The notes: generated from the sequence alone by a model not told the origin. A stretch of DNA of 64,000 bases from Bacillota bacterium (GCA_021324975.1 JAJPIA010000011.1:15984-79983); one strand, 5' to 3'. Positions 41,554 through 51,857 are shown, counted from the first letter of the stretch. Translations and numbers: made by a program.

Positions 41554-43250
41554 CGCGTGACGAAGGGCTTGTAGTCTGTCAGTTCTCCGACGACCGTTCT
41601 TGCCATCAAGCGCGCCTGGACCTCGAGAATCCGGCGGTAGCTGATAGAATAGCCGAATAAGGGATGCGTGATGAGTGTCTCCATCCTTTCCTCATACGCC
41701 TCCACGACGCGTCGCCGGGCCGGGTCCTTGATCGCGCAGGCCGACCCGCGCTGGACGAAATCGTCCTTGTGAACCATCTGATTGTTGATCAACGTAAGGA
41801 CAGTCGAATCACCGACGATCGGTCGGAATTCCTCTGCAAGGTCCAGACCGAGCGATGGGCGTCCGTAGTGTACCTGGTGGAAGAAGCCGATGTATGGGTC
41901 AAGACCGACGGCGATCAGCGAAGCAACGCAGTCTTTGAGAAGTAGAGCGTAAAGAAACGAAAGCAGCGCGTTGACAGGATCCCGCGGGGGACGGCGATTA
42001 CGCTCCCGAAAATCAAAGGCGAGTTCCGGGCGCAGCATGCCCGCAAACTCGGAGAAGTAAACGCGTGCCGCGGTGCCTTCGACGCCGAGGAGCGTTTGAA
42101 TCGAGTCGACGCCGTGGGCGCCGCCGCTTAAGCGTCCCAACTCGATCACCGCCGCCCGCGGCGAACCACGGTGATTCCGCCGTAAGAGCGTTCGCTGGTT
42201 TCGGATCTTGCCCCATACGAACGCCCGGGCCATGGACAGCGATCGCCGCGGATCCACAGCGACGCGGTATTGGGAGACTCGAAGCAGAACATTTCGCTGT
42301 TCGGGCGCGGTGGTTATCGCGGCGAGCCAGCCGCCGTAGGTAAAGTGCAGGAGCGGCGCTCCTCGCGCCACCACTCCGCGAATTGCCTGGGCGCTCACTT
42401 GGACATTGCCGGCAACGGCGACGTGAGAGACGTCGATCAGTCGCGCATGGGCCTCCGAGCCGTCGGGAGTGCGGACGACGAGCCGCTCGCCTTGCTTGCC
42501 GACCGTCGCACCTTGAGTGAGGACATAAAGTGGTCCCGCGTCTTCCCGCGCCGGCATGAGCCGGCGAACCTCCTCGGCCCTCACCCCACTCAAGAGGTTC
42601 GTTTCGTCGGGAAGGCAAATGCCGACGAGCGAGCAGCGCGGACATTTCGGGCTGTCTACGAGCGGGGGAGGTGGAATCGGTCGGGCGGCGGCTTCTCGAA
42701 GCCTCCGCACGGCCTCAAGCGACTTGGTGACCAGCGTTTCATCGAACTGCACGGCGAAGCGCTGTTTGGTGGCCGCATAGTAGATGCAGCCGTCATCACA
42801 AGCGTAGCCGTTCTCCCTTAGAATAAGCGCCTGCACACACAGTTGCACAAGGTCCGGTTCCCACGGGCCCTCGCGTCCCGGCGCACCTTTCTTGTAGTCC
42901 ACGGGCCGCACCCGGCCGCCGTCTCCCTCCAGGAGATCGATGCGCGCGATCAATCCAAGATTGGGAGCCGACAGCAGTACGCCTCGGGCTGCAATCCGAT
43001 CCTCCGGCTCCAACTCCGCCGCTTCGGGAAGCGGCCCGCCCTGCCGATCCACCCGCCGGTGAACAGCGGCGCCTTCGAGCGTGTCAACGCTGTGCGTGAA
43101 CTCTCTTTGAACCCATTCGAGATAGAACAGACGAGGGCAATAGACGAACTCGTTCACCATGCGGGCGGGAACCAGATCCCGCGCCGGAGCCGGTTCAGGC
43201 GTCTCGTCCGCGCCTTGACCCGAGCGAACACTCATGGCCTCATGGCGCAC
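41550..43250 (-). CDS. cas1: Cas4-Cas1 fusion
   Basis: Cas4: YCPR, IDLLE, VDYKKG, CPRCSLVGIC; Cas1: GVEG, RRPPRDPVNALLS, DLAEEFRP; start may be 43235. Confidence 0.96.
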   Translation of the reverse strand: MRHEAMSVRSGQGADETPEPAPARDLVPARMVNEFVYCPRLFYLEWVQREFTHSVDTLEGAAVHRRVDRQGGPLPEAAELEPEDRIAARGVLLSAPNLGLIARIDLLEGDGGRVRPVDYKKGAPGREGPWEPDLVQLCVQALILRENGYACDDGCIYYAATKQRFAVQFDETLVTKSLEAVRRLREAAARPIPPPPLVDSPKCPRCSLVGICLPDETNLLSGVRAEEVRRLMPAREDAGPLYVLTQGATVGKQGERLVVRTPDGSEAHARLIDVSHVAVAGNVQVSAQAIRGVVARGAPLLHFTYGGWLAAITTAPEQRNVLLRVSQYRVAVDPRRSLSMARAFVWGKIRNQRTLLRRNHRGSPRAAVIELGRLSGGAHGVDSIQTLLGVEGTAARVYFSEFAGMLRPELAFDFRERNRRPPRDPVNALLSFLYALLLKDCVASLIAVGLDPYIGFFHQVHYGRPSLGLDLAEEFRPIVGDSTVLTLINNQMVHKDDFVQRGSACAIKDPARRRVVEAYEERMETLITHPLFGYSISYRRILEVQARLMARTVVGELTDYKPFVTR

Positions 43251-43295
43251 TGGGACTACGCCGATGCGGCGTATTCACGCTGACGGCCCTCCGGT

Positions 43296-43703
43296 TCATG
43301 GGCCCGTCTCTTCGGGCAGGCGCGCGAAAATCGCCTCACAGACCCGACGGGCAATCGCCAGTGCCTGGCAGGCTTCCTCTAGCGTCGGCGCGGCCGGCAT
43401 CCCAGGATAGCGAAATCGCCAGGCGTAGGGGGTCAGATCCGCCGCCGGCCCCACCAAGTCGGTCATCGACGGATCGTGCGCGACCACCGCACGTCCCAGT
43501 TCATCCAGATCGTGAGTCTTCCGAAACGGCTCCTCATGCGCGCTGAGAAAGGCCTTCATCGCCTTCTCGGCCGCCTGCTGGCAGTGGAAGACCGCACCGC
43601 GCACGAGGGGCGGCGTCGCCGCAAGATCATGTTCCGCTTCGCGGAGGTCCTCCGCGGCTCGCTGCAGCCATTCCCGCACCTCGGCGAACAGCTCAGGCTG
43701 CAT
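43296..43703 (-). CDS. HEPN domain protein
   Basis: W...A.EDL, FHCQQAAEKAMKAFL, KTHDL, RYP. Confidence 0.9.
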   Translation of the reverse strand: MQPELFAEVREWLQRAAEDLREAEHDLAATPPLVRGAVFHCQQAAEKAMKAFLSAHEEPFRKTHDLDELGRAVVAHDPSMTDLVGPAADLTPYAWRFRYPGMPAAPTLEEACQALAIARRVCEAIFARLPEETGP

Positions 43704-44025
43704 AGAGCAACCTGCCCTCCCGAAGCACCGTTGCCGGAAGGGAGCATACTACACGCGACCGTGAGTCGAATTCGTCGCGCGTCCAGACGAGAACGTCTTT
43801 GGCAACCCCGACACCCCTGAGCGCCCGGTAAGCCTGCTGATCACGGCGGTGGCCGGGCAGGTCAGATTCACGAACAATGACAAGGAGATCGTAGTCGCTG
43901 TCGGGCCCGGCCTCCCCGCGAGCGCGCGACCCGAATAGGTAGATTTGCTCGGGATGCAGTCTCGCGACGAGCCGCCGCACGATCTCGGCGAGTTTCGCAT
44001 CCTGCTCGAGGATCGGATCGCTCAT
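43693..44025 (-). CDS. Minimal nucleotidyltransferase (MNT)
   Basis: IYLFGSRARG...DSDYDLLV, KDVLV, VLREG. Confidence 0.9.
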   Translation of the reverse strand: MSDPILEQDAKLAEIVRRLVARLHPEQIYLFGSRARGEAGPDSDYDLLVIVRESDLPGHRRDQQAYRALRGVGVAKDVLVWTRDEFDSRSRVVCSLPATVLREGRLLYAA

Positions 44026-44135
44026 ACAGGTTCGAGTTTCGGGGCCCCATTCTCTAACAACTGGTCCGCTTCCGTAAGCGTCGCGTGCCCGCGATCCAGG
44101 CGGTGTCGGGCGAGCGCCACAAGATCCGGATTCAT
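44022..44135 (-). pseudogene. Truncated HEPN protein (N-terminal 37 aa)
   Basis: MNPDLVALARHRLDRGHATLTEADQLLENG, ATGA-coupled to the upstream MNT and ending at the start of the second MNT. Confidence 0.65.
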
Positions 44136-44470
44136 AGAAGTACAGCTTCGTGGACGAGTGTCTGCACGAACCTGGTACATGTCCAGACAGGATCGTGAAG
44201 CACCGACTCTGCAAACACCCGCGGGGAGATGTAGACTTGATGGGTCGTTGGCACCGAGGGCGATATCGAGCACGCAATCCTCGACTCCGGTATCGGCTTC
44301 GCACACGAGTACCAAGACGCGATATCTGACTCGCCTGTATCGCGGCCGCTGGCCCTGGACCCGAAGAGTTTGAGCGTCACCACACTGTCACCCACCGCCG
44401 CCCGCACCTTCGGCACGAACTCATCGACGGCCGCCCGATCGTGAAGCGCAAGCACAGCGCGTGGCGTCAT
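44132..44470 (-). pseudogene. Degenerate minimal nucleotidyltransferase (two compensating frameshifts)
   Basis: LFGSRASG...ESDI, then VLVLV...VLDIA in a shifted frame, then back to HQVYISP...EAVLL. Confidence 0.75.
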
Positions 44471-44551
44471 GCCGTTCCGTCGCCGGTCACAGAGCGCTTA
44501 TCCAGCCGTGGTGACAATCGAGCACAAGCCGCAAAGATTTCTTCACGGCGG

Positions 44552-45700
44552 TCAGACAGCGCCCGCCGGGCTAAAGTTGATCTTAAAGTTGGCACCTTCG
44601 CCGATCTTGATGCGGCGCGCCCGGAAAAGCGCTTCTAAGCCGCGCGAGCGCACCACCGCACGGTCGGGCGCCGGGGAGAACAGTTCCGGCATTTGCAGCA
44701 ACGAACGGATCCCGTCCAGCGTCAACGGCTTGTCCCATATCGGCCATGTGAATACAGACTCCTCGCCGACTTCTCCCCAAGCAGTAGTGAGTAACTTCCC
44801 GCGGGCCGGGGCGGACGAGAATAGCACGAGTGCGCGATAGGCAAGGAGATTTGCCATCCATTGAGTATGCGCACCTATCGGCCCGGGATCACGATCCATC
44901 AGCGCGTATTGGTGTGCCTCGACCGGATCCCACCGAAGTGACAACCCTTCATCTTCATATCCCCATGGTTCAAAGAGCGTCCGCCTCAGGCGATCCGCGG
45001 CGACTTGCTGCATCAACTGTCGCACGGTATCCAAGAAGTACTGATGGCCTGATCCTCTGATGAAGCAGAACGGCGTCGGTACGACTCTGCCGTTCTTTTC
45101 GACGCTCGCGTCGCTCGCAAACGCGGCCAACAGGTCAACCGTCTCGCGGCGGTACACGCTAGAGCTGGTCAGCAGGCTGCGAGCGTGATCACGATATTCA
45201 TCTGGCGTGCAGTCGACGGATTTGCCCAGGGCTAGTTCCGGGCGTGCGACGGCATCCGCCAGTGCCGCCCGCCACGCATCGCGCAGGCGCTCTACCTCCA
45301 GCGACAAGACCGGCAGTTCTCGGTCCATCGCTGCCCGTCGCTCCATTCCTGAAAAGCGTTTGCGAATTTCCTTCCTCTTCTTAGCCAGTTGCTGCTTGGC
45401 CGCGTTGAATGCCTTTTCGGCACTCTTACGCCTCGCTTCCGACTCCGACGATATGGGCCGTCCACGGAGTTCTTCTGACAACACGTTGATCAGCGCATCC
45501 GAATTAGCGAACGGGACGTCCGTGAGCACGGCGATCCAGTCGAACTGTCGCCGCCATGCCAGACGAATCTGCACGTGGCCGCCGCGGTGGAGCGTCACCG
45601 CGGTGCCGAGCGCAGCGAGGAAACCCAACGGATTGCTCCCGGCAAAGCCCGGCAGTTCCACGATGCGCGAGTCTTGTCTCGTTGACGTCTCGCGCATCAT
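44552..45700 (-). CDS. cas8g: Type I-G large-subunit-like protein (short Cas8g variant)
   Basis: Position after cas3 with ATGA overlap; N-terminal LPG..GSNPLGFLAALG; GSGHQYFL, LRWDP, FTWPIW. Confidence 0.75.
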   Translation of the reverse strand: MMRETSTRQDSRIVELPGFAGSNPLGFLAALGTAVTLHRGGHVQIRLAWRRQFDWIAVLTDVPFANSDALINVLSEELRGRPISSESEARRKSAEKAFNAAKQQLAKKRKEIRKRFSGMERRAAMDRELPVLSLEVERLRDAWRAALADAVARPELALGKSVDCTPDEYRDHARSLLTSSSVYRRETVDLLAAFASDASVEKNGRVVPTPFCFIRGSGHQYFLDTVRQLMQQVAADRLRRTLFEPWGYEDEGLSLRWDPVEAHQYALMDRDPGPIGAHTQWMANLLAYRALVLFSSAPARGKLLTTAWGEVGEESVFTWPIWDKPLTLDGIRSLLQMPELFSPAPDRAVVRSRGLEALFRARRIKIGEGANFKINFSPAGAV

Positions 45701-48630
45701 GGGGCGGCCTCAGTCACCACGTTCGCGGATTCTGTCAGCCGACTGGCATACCAGTCGCTGAGACGGAGCACCGCAGCCAAGTAGGCTTCACCCCACCACC
45801 CGTGGCGACGCACACTTGCCCAAAAGCGTTCGACCACGCCTGAGTCGATCCTATGGGCGTGCGAGAGTCCCGCCCGGGCAGCCGCGGTCAATTGCACCGA
45901 TACGTCGCCCAGGCGCCCTGCGATACCTGGAGGCGATGCGTCTTCCACGATCGGTGCGAAGGGCCGACCGTAGCCGTGGTGGCTTGCTATGAGATGAAGG
46001 ATCAAGTCCCGCACTTCTCGATCCTCGAACGCGAGCTGTTGTTCAGCCAGCTGCATGGACAACATCTCGTGCCTGAATCCATCAGGCAGCCCGGCCGCGC
46101 AACGAACTGTTCGGCGCTCTCCGGGAAGCACCGGCACATTTGCCGACTTGGCTATCGGTTTCTCAGACAGGACGGCCAGCACGTTCCCCCGCCGCAACAA
46201 CATCTGAAAGCGTTCGTCCAGCTTTCCGGCATCATGCCAGTGGCCGGCTAGTTCCACCGCGTCGCCTATGTCGGATGGGAGACATAGTTCGGCGATGCGT
46301 TCTACTGTACGTTGGACGAGCCTCGTATGCTCGTCGAGCGACACGTCCCGGGCGCCGGATGAAGTCAGATCGTCGTCGTCCGCGAACAAGTCGATTTCGT
46401 CGTCTTCGGGCACGGTCCGCGCGCGTCGGCCCATGAGCACCACGCCGCCACCCGGGTGCCGTTCGATACGCCCCGTGCGCGCCTCGCGAAGGAGAGTGAG
46501 CCACCACTTCGGTGGCGCGGGAGGGTCGTCCGGCGCCGTCGGCCGGTAGCCCAACGCGGCATCGACGGCATCGTTCAACGCCCCTCGATCGAGTACGGGA
46601 TCCTCGGCGGTTTCCATGACGACCGCCAAAGGAGGACACGTCAGCCACGGACCCAGCACGCGGCGATTCAACCGAACGACTGCGCGGCCCCTCTCGAACA
46701 CGGCAGGTTCCCACAGATCCACCAGAGACTCGCCCACAGCCATATGAGGCTCAGACTGGCCAAGGCCGTCAATGCCGTAGTCCGCGGGGATAACAACAAC
46801 GTCACCCGGCCCCACCAGCGTCGGGTCTCGAACGACTGTAGACGTGTCGCGCCCACGCCAGATCACAAAACGGCGATTCTGGGTCGCCGCAACGCGCTCT
46901 GCGATTGCCCCTACGCCCTCCACATCACCCGAGTCGTCGGGTCCGCCGCCGGGAATCGCGAGCCATGCACGAAGACGGTACAGAGGCACCGACAGCGTCT
47001 CGGCGGCCGATGGCGGACAAAGCGCCACGCTCTCGAGCCAGCTAGCGTCGGAATCGGCGACCGAAAGATCGCACCGCCACACGACCTGCGCTTCCGCCAC
47101 CCACGACCCGATGCCGTGGAGGAACAGATGCACATCGGGTTCCGGATACGGTGAGGCTGATGTCTGGCACAACAAATCGAGATGCGCCGGCAGCAGTATC
47201 GGAGCATCCGGGGCCGGGGCGCAATACGGCAATACGTCGTCCACATCACGGAGCGTGGAATGCAGCGCCCGCACTCCGAAATCGATCGAGACTTCCTTGC
47301 CGGCACGGGCTGCTTTCTCGCTCAACAGCCGCCACGTTGCTGCTACAGCGTCCCCATAAATTGGATCGGGATCCTCACCCCTGGCATCGAGATCGCGAAT
47401 CAGTATGGTCGCGGGCGTGACCGATATCCCTCCCATGCGGTTGAGCCGGCCGAAGCGCTGGCGAAGCGCGTCCAGACTTGCCGCCTCGGTGACAAGGGCG
47501 TCAAAACTGAAGTCCGCACCGACTTCGAGGCATTGCGTGGCAACGACAACGACAGGACGATGCGGCTCCTCAGGATCTGCCGCCCTCAAGCACGCCTGCC
47601 AGCGGTGCACCAACGCATCGCGTTCCAGGGGCCGCAAACGACCGGTGAGCAGCACGACATCGAAGAGTTCATTGGCGGCCTCTCGCAACGCCCGTGCCGT
47701 TTCTTCGGCGGTACGGACTCGATTCACCATCACGGCGACACGGCGGGCACCGCCGACTACGTACGATTGGGCCTCGGATGCGGCTCGCTTGGCCAGAGCA
47801 TCGGCCCCCTGATCGGCTGCGGTGCGTACTTCGACCAACACAGCGGGCTTGGACGCCGCCAACCGGCTGCGGAGCACCGGATGGTCCAGTGCCTTCGTCT
47901 CGGCACGTCCGGGGAACACGTCACGGCGGTCGACGTCATCACCGGGGGGCGTAGCGGACATGACTGTAAAGGCGAACGGTGAAGGCAACGGATGCGTCGC
48001 CCAGGCCGCACCGCGATAGAACTCGATGCTGCGCATCGTCTGCAAGAATGGGACCGAACAATGCGCCTCATCCAGGATGATCAGACTGTCGTTTGCCGCC
48101 AACCCTGCGTAGATCGGCGCCGCGAGCCGACCGGATCCGTATGCACGAAATAGGATGCGAGACCCTACCTGGTCGACCGTTGAGGTAATCACCGCCGGCT
48201 GGGACGGAACACGGGCCCACCCGTCGTCGCGCAATATTCCACCTCGCAAGCGCCCAACCGCCAACGGACGATCGGTTCCCGCAACGCGCCTGAGGGCGTC
48301 CGCTACTCTGCGCAGCGGTCCCGTAGCGGCGGATCGCAGCCTGCTTGCTATGAGAACGGCACGCTGGTGGGCTTCATCGACGACGATCCGGCGATCGACA
48401 ACAAACCAAATCCGACGCGGCGCGCTCCGCTCGCCGGTGGTTCGCTCAGCCTGTGCCGCAAGGGCATACAGTGCGATGTCGACGCACGCCGTCTTACCGG
48501 CCGCTGTTGGAAGCTCGATGACTTTGGGCCACGTGGCGGCGGCCACGCGGTCTGCGAGCATGGACTGCCAGGGAAACGGCTCGCGGCCCCATAATGCATG
48601 GAAGAACTCGTCGAATGAGCCGGCCGTCAC
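45697..48630 (-). CDS. cas3: Type I-G Cas3 helicase with C-terminal HD nuclease
   Basis: PFPWQ, PTAAGKT, DEAH, SATP, QRFGRLNR, C-terminal HDAGK and HHG; GTGA overlap with csb2. Confidence 0.95.
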   Translation of the reverse strand: MTAGSFDEFFHALWGREPFPWQSMLADRVAAATWPKVIELPTAAGKTACVDIALYALAAQAERTTGERSAPRRIWFVVDRRIVVDEAHQRAVLIASRLRSAATGPLRRVADALRRVAGTDRPLAVGRLRGGILRDDGWARVPSQPAVITSTVDQVGSRILFRAYGSGRLAAPIYAGLAANDSLIILDEAHCSVPFLQTMRSIEFYRGAAWATHPLPSPFAFTVMSATPPGDDVDRRDVFPGRAETKALDHPVLRSRLAASKPAVLVEVRTAADQGADALAKRAASEAQSYVVGGARRVAVMVNRVRTAEETARALREAANELFDVVLLTGRLRPLERDALVHRWQACLRAADPEEPHRPVVVVATQCLEVGADFSFDALVTEAASLDALRQRFGRLNRMGGISVTPATILIRDLDARGEDPDPIYGDAVAATWRLLSEKAARAGKEVSIDFGVRALHSTLRDVDDVLPYCAPAPDAPILLPAHLDLLCQTSASPYPEPDVHLFLHGIGSWVAEAQVVWRCDLSVADSDASWLESVALCPPSAAETLSVPLYRLRAWLAIPGGGPDDSGDVEGVGAIAERVAATQNRRFVIWRGRDTSTVVRDPTLVGPGDVVVIPADYGIDGLGQSEPHMAVGESLVDLWEPAVFERGRAVVRLNRRVLGPWLTCPPLAVVMETAEDPVLDRGALNDAVDAALGYRPTAPDDPPAPPKWWLTLLREARTGRIERHPGGGVVLMGRRARTVPEDDEIDLFADDDDLTSSGARDVSLDEHTRLVQRTVERIAELCLPSDIGDAVELAGHWHDAGKLDERFQMLLRRGNVLAVLSEKPIAKSANVPVLPGERRTVRCAAGLPDGFRHEMLSMQLAEQQLAFEDREVRDLILHLIASHHGYGRPFAPIVEDASPPGIAGRLGDVSVQLTAAARAGLSHAHRIDSGVVERFWASVRRHGWWGEAYLAAVLRLSDWYASRLTESANVVTEAAP

Positions 48631-50090
48631 GAACGGGTCTCCTGCCGGCGACTCAACGGACGACAGAAGCCGTATCCGCAAAATCGGCCGGCGCCGATAC
48701 TGATCGGCCCACACACGGGCCGGCCGAATTCGAGCATCGCGTGCGTGTGCCGACGTTCGCCGCCGTCCTTCCGGCGCAGGCGCGGGAACGCAAACGACGG
48801 CGGCGCGCCGGCGTGACGTGACACGGAAGTCACGGCAACGTTGCGAGGTTCAGGCAGGCCGATCCGGACGCACGCCGTCGCTATCATATCCGCAACTTCC
48901 ATCTGGTACCGGGCCCGGTCGGACGACTTAGGATGCCGGTCGAACACAACGGGTGTAACCGTTGCCCAGTGGGTCGCGCCGTCCGGATACGCTGTCCAAG
49001 CCTCCGCCCGCAGGTTCCACGCAAGGGAGCCCGTCTGGGGCGGCACAACAGACCAAACGCCGAGCGGGCCCAAAAGAAGCTGGCGCACACGCGCGATCGC
49101 CTGAAGAGCGACGCGGCGCTCGTCGAGAGAAACGGAGGACGGCAGCGTCAACGCCATGCCGAGAATTCTGCCGTCCGCATGTGGATGCCCCACGAACGCC
49201 AGCGGCAAAAGGGCCAAGTGCGGATCCGGAAGAGAACCCCCGTCGGCCCGGTGACCGGATAAGAGGCTTCGAATGCGCTCCGGAAGACCATTCGTTTGCG
49301 AAATGACCGCCTCACGCATGCGCTCGGCGACAGAGAAGACGGCGCACAGATCCAGAAAGGGATACGGGCCTTCCTCGCGCTCGAATGCCACGATGAGTGG
49401 ATAAAGCTCGAACGCGCTGCCCTGCGCCGAGACCGTTGCGGCCCCCCTCGTAGGACCAGCATAGGGCGCGTACGTCGGAATCCGCGGGCGCGTTCGGCGA
49501 GCATATCGTCGTTCCAACTCTTCCAGCAGCCCAGCGCCGGCGACGCGCATCTGCAACGTCCCGTTTCGCCCGTCCGGCACCCAGTCCGGCGTGCGCGGCG
49601 CGTCTGACGCCACCCACATCTGCACCATCGACGTCGAGTGCCCGACCCGCGTCACTTTCGCGCAGAGGCCTTCGAGGGCCCGGCGCACCGCCACAGTGGG
49701 CTCCGCCGAAGGCCATGAGTAGTAAACAGTGTCGTCCTCCAGCCAAGCGCGGGCGAATGACCTCGGTTGTCGGTCGCGCGCGAGCTGAGGCGCGGACTGA
49801 ATGGTCGCAGTTGGAGGTTTCCCGGCATCGCCTGGCTTGTCGTTCACCGGCACGTATTGGGTAACCATCGCCCGCTCGCTATGGCCGGCGGCGTTGATCT
49901 GCGGCGCTTCGAGGCGCTCCAACCACAAGAGCGCGTCGCGCTCAGCCTGGTCCGCGCCTGTTTCGAAGTGGGCGGCTGCAAGCGCCATATAGACCCTGCC
50001 CGGATGCGGCGGCCACTCAACACGCCGTGCGTGTCCGGCAGCATCAGCCGCGACGAAACCGTTCAGATACCGAATCCCAAAGACGAGCAT
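48627..50090 (-). CDS. csb2: Type I-G Cas5/Cas6 fusion Csb2
   Basis: EWPPHPGR..AL, YVPVND, WATVTP, Gly-rich GP.SIGAGRFCGYG.CRP. Confidence 0.93.
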   Translation of the reverse strand: MLVFGIRYLNGFVAADAAGHARRVEWPPHPGRVYMALAAAHFETGADQAERDALLWLERLEAPQINAAGHSERAMVTQYVPVNDKPGDAGKPPTATIQSAPQLARDRQPRSFARAWLEDDTVYYSWPSAEPTVAVRRALEGLCAKVTRVGHSTSMVQMWVASDAPRTPDWVPDGRNGTLQMRVAGAGLLEELERRYARRTRPRIPTYAPYAGPTRGAATVSAQGSAFELYPLIVAFEREEGPYPFLDLCAVFSVAERMREAVISQTNGLPERIRSLLSGHRADGGSLPDPHLALLPLAFVGHPHADGRILGMALTLPSSVSLDERRVALQAIARVRQLLLGPLGVWSVVPPQTGSLAWNLRAEAWTAYPDGATHWATVTPVVFDRHPKSSDRARYQMEVADMIATACVRIGLPEPRNVAVTSVSRHAGAPPSFAFPRLRRKDGGERRHTHAMLEFGRPVCGPISIGAGRFCGYGFCRPLSRRQETRS

Positions 50091-50094
50091 CTTC

Positions 50095-51341
50095 CTATTC
50101 TGTGCCCGTCGACTCCGTAACCGCCTCCAGCTGGCTTAAACGGACGAGTTTCACCAACTGATCGGAAGGTGTCAGCTCCACGGGGTTCTCCTCCCAGGTC
50201 AGACCCTTCGCCTTTGTCTGGTTCACTGCCGCGGCTAACAGCTTGATCGCCTCCGCCGAGGAAAGGTCGAACTCTCTCGGTGCTTCACCCGGACGATCCA
50301 GCAGCTGCCATTGCATGGCGCCCTCAGGCCAGAGCAGACACCGCGAGCGCAAATCGGCGCCGGACTCGAACGCGAGCGTGGCGGCGCAAAGGCCCAGCGC
50401 GGCGAGAGCCGTGCGCGCCGCGGCATCAAGTTCCGCGTCAGGCTTGCCGTCTACCGGGAAGCGTAGACGCCTGAGTGCAATAAGTGAGAGTGTCGTTGTT
50501 TGCTCAGCGTATTCAATCGTCACGCCATTGTAGTAATTTTTTTCGGTCTTTTTGTCGCGCTGCTCCGGATACGGCACGCTCGAGTGGTTAAGTTTGGACG
50601 GCGCGACCCCGCCCTTGGCATGTGGATCCGCGACCTCCCAGGAATTGTTGTCCTTCTTCACGACTTTGACCGCCGCACGAATTTCAAGAGGATCGCGCCG
50701 CACGCCTCGCCGGAGGTCGCCTACCTCGGCCCCGACGCCCACAATTTCTGATACCACCACCCGTTCAAACTTCGGTCCAAGTCCGCCCTTCGGTCCTGTC
50801 GAGTCCCACATCCCAAGGAGCAATGCCGTGGGGCAAAGTATGTAGACCGGTGTGGCGTTGGAGGGACCGGCGCTGCTCAGCATGCGCCCTTTCTCCGAAT
50901 CGCGAAATGGCTTGCCTTCGAACTCGCTGTCACGAAGGATGGCATCGGCCAAGCGATGAGGCACTTGAAGGCTCGTGATCCGTCCGACCGCCTCGACCAG
51001 CCGACCCTCCTGCTCATCGCTCTTTGTATCTCCTTTGGGATCGTGGCGGCTGAAGTCCACAACCACCGTCGGCAGCGCGAGGACTTTCGCATCGAGGGCG
51101 TCTTGGAGAGCAAGCTCCATGCGGTTCGCCTGACTCTGAACGCTGTCCAGCAGTACGCATGTAACCGGCAGGTCCCGGCCGGGGATACGCCGTGTTTCAA
51201 TCGCGTATACGGCGCCGGCAAACGTGGGGGGGAAAACCTTGTCGCCCGGCCCCCTGCCGGTTGCAGCCGTCGGCGGCACCGAAAGGCGGCTGCCGATCCC
51301 TCGACCGCTGCCCGAAGGGCCTCAAATGTCAATGCGCTCAT
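50095..51341 (-). pseudogene. csb1: Type I-G Cas7 (Csb1), 1-nt frameshift near codon 30
   Basis: ATG at 51341 after GGGGAGG gives ...RRRLQPAGG; PGDKVFPPTF, LDSVQSQANRME, PHRLADA and LLLGMWDS follow in another frame. Confidence 0.88.
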
Positions 51342-51857
51342 AGTGTGCCTCCCCTGATCTGCGCCCCGTGATGAGAGTTCGCGGCGCTCAATCCACCGGC
51401 TCCCTCGCCGAGATCGGTCGCCCGTGTCCGCGCCGAGCTCGTGGAACATCTCTTGGTCTGACGCCATCGAACCCGCCAGAAGTAATGCGTGAGCAAATTT
51501 CAATATGCCCACCGCCCATGGCCACTAGACTGGAACTAACTCGACTCCCTTTTTCGGCTTCCTAACTTCGAGCTAGGGCAATTGCGACTGCGACTCCGTG
51601 GGCAGAAGCCTGACCGGGGCAGCAACGAACATAGGTTCGATTCGACATGGCCATTATCCTCTACCCCAAGACAGGCAATTGCCTGCGCCGACAGCCTACG
51701 ACTCCCTCTTATTGGGCATGTGCAGGTCGAGAAGAAGGCGACACCGGCAAGCCACCGATTTCTGGCGGATCAGTCGTCTTTGCATCGGGTCGCGGTGGCT
51801 GGATATGAGGCCCGATCGACGGCTGCCGCGCCGGACTTAACGACCGCGGGGTGCCGC

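Noticed and set aside
44527..44551. Possible degenerate CRISPR repeat after cas8g (CCGCCGTGAAGAAA...GCGGC), suggesting a crRNA-like regulator
   Set aside because: Only about 7 contiguous matches, no ATTGAAGC handle, no second repeat, and no target seen in the cas promoter
50095..51279. ORF-track start for cas7 (MPPTAATGRG...)
   Set aside because: No RBS and lacks the conserved LQPAGG; the real start at 51341 is in another frame
51582..51857. N-terminal extension of rmuC and small ORFs in the cas/rmuC gap
   Set aside because: No family-like features; RmuC normally starts at its TM anchor
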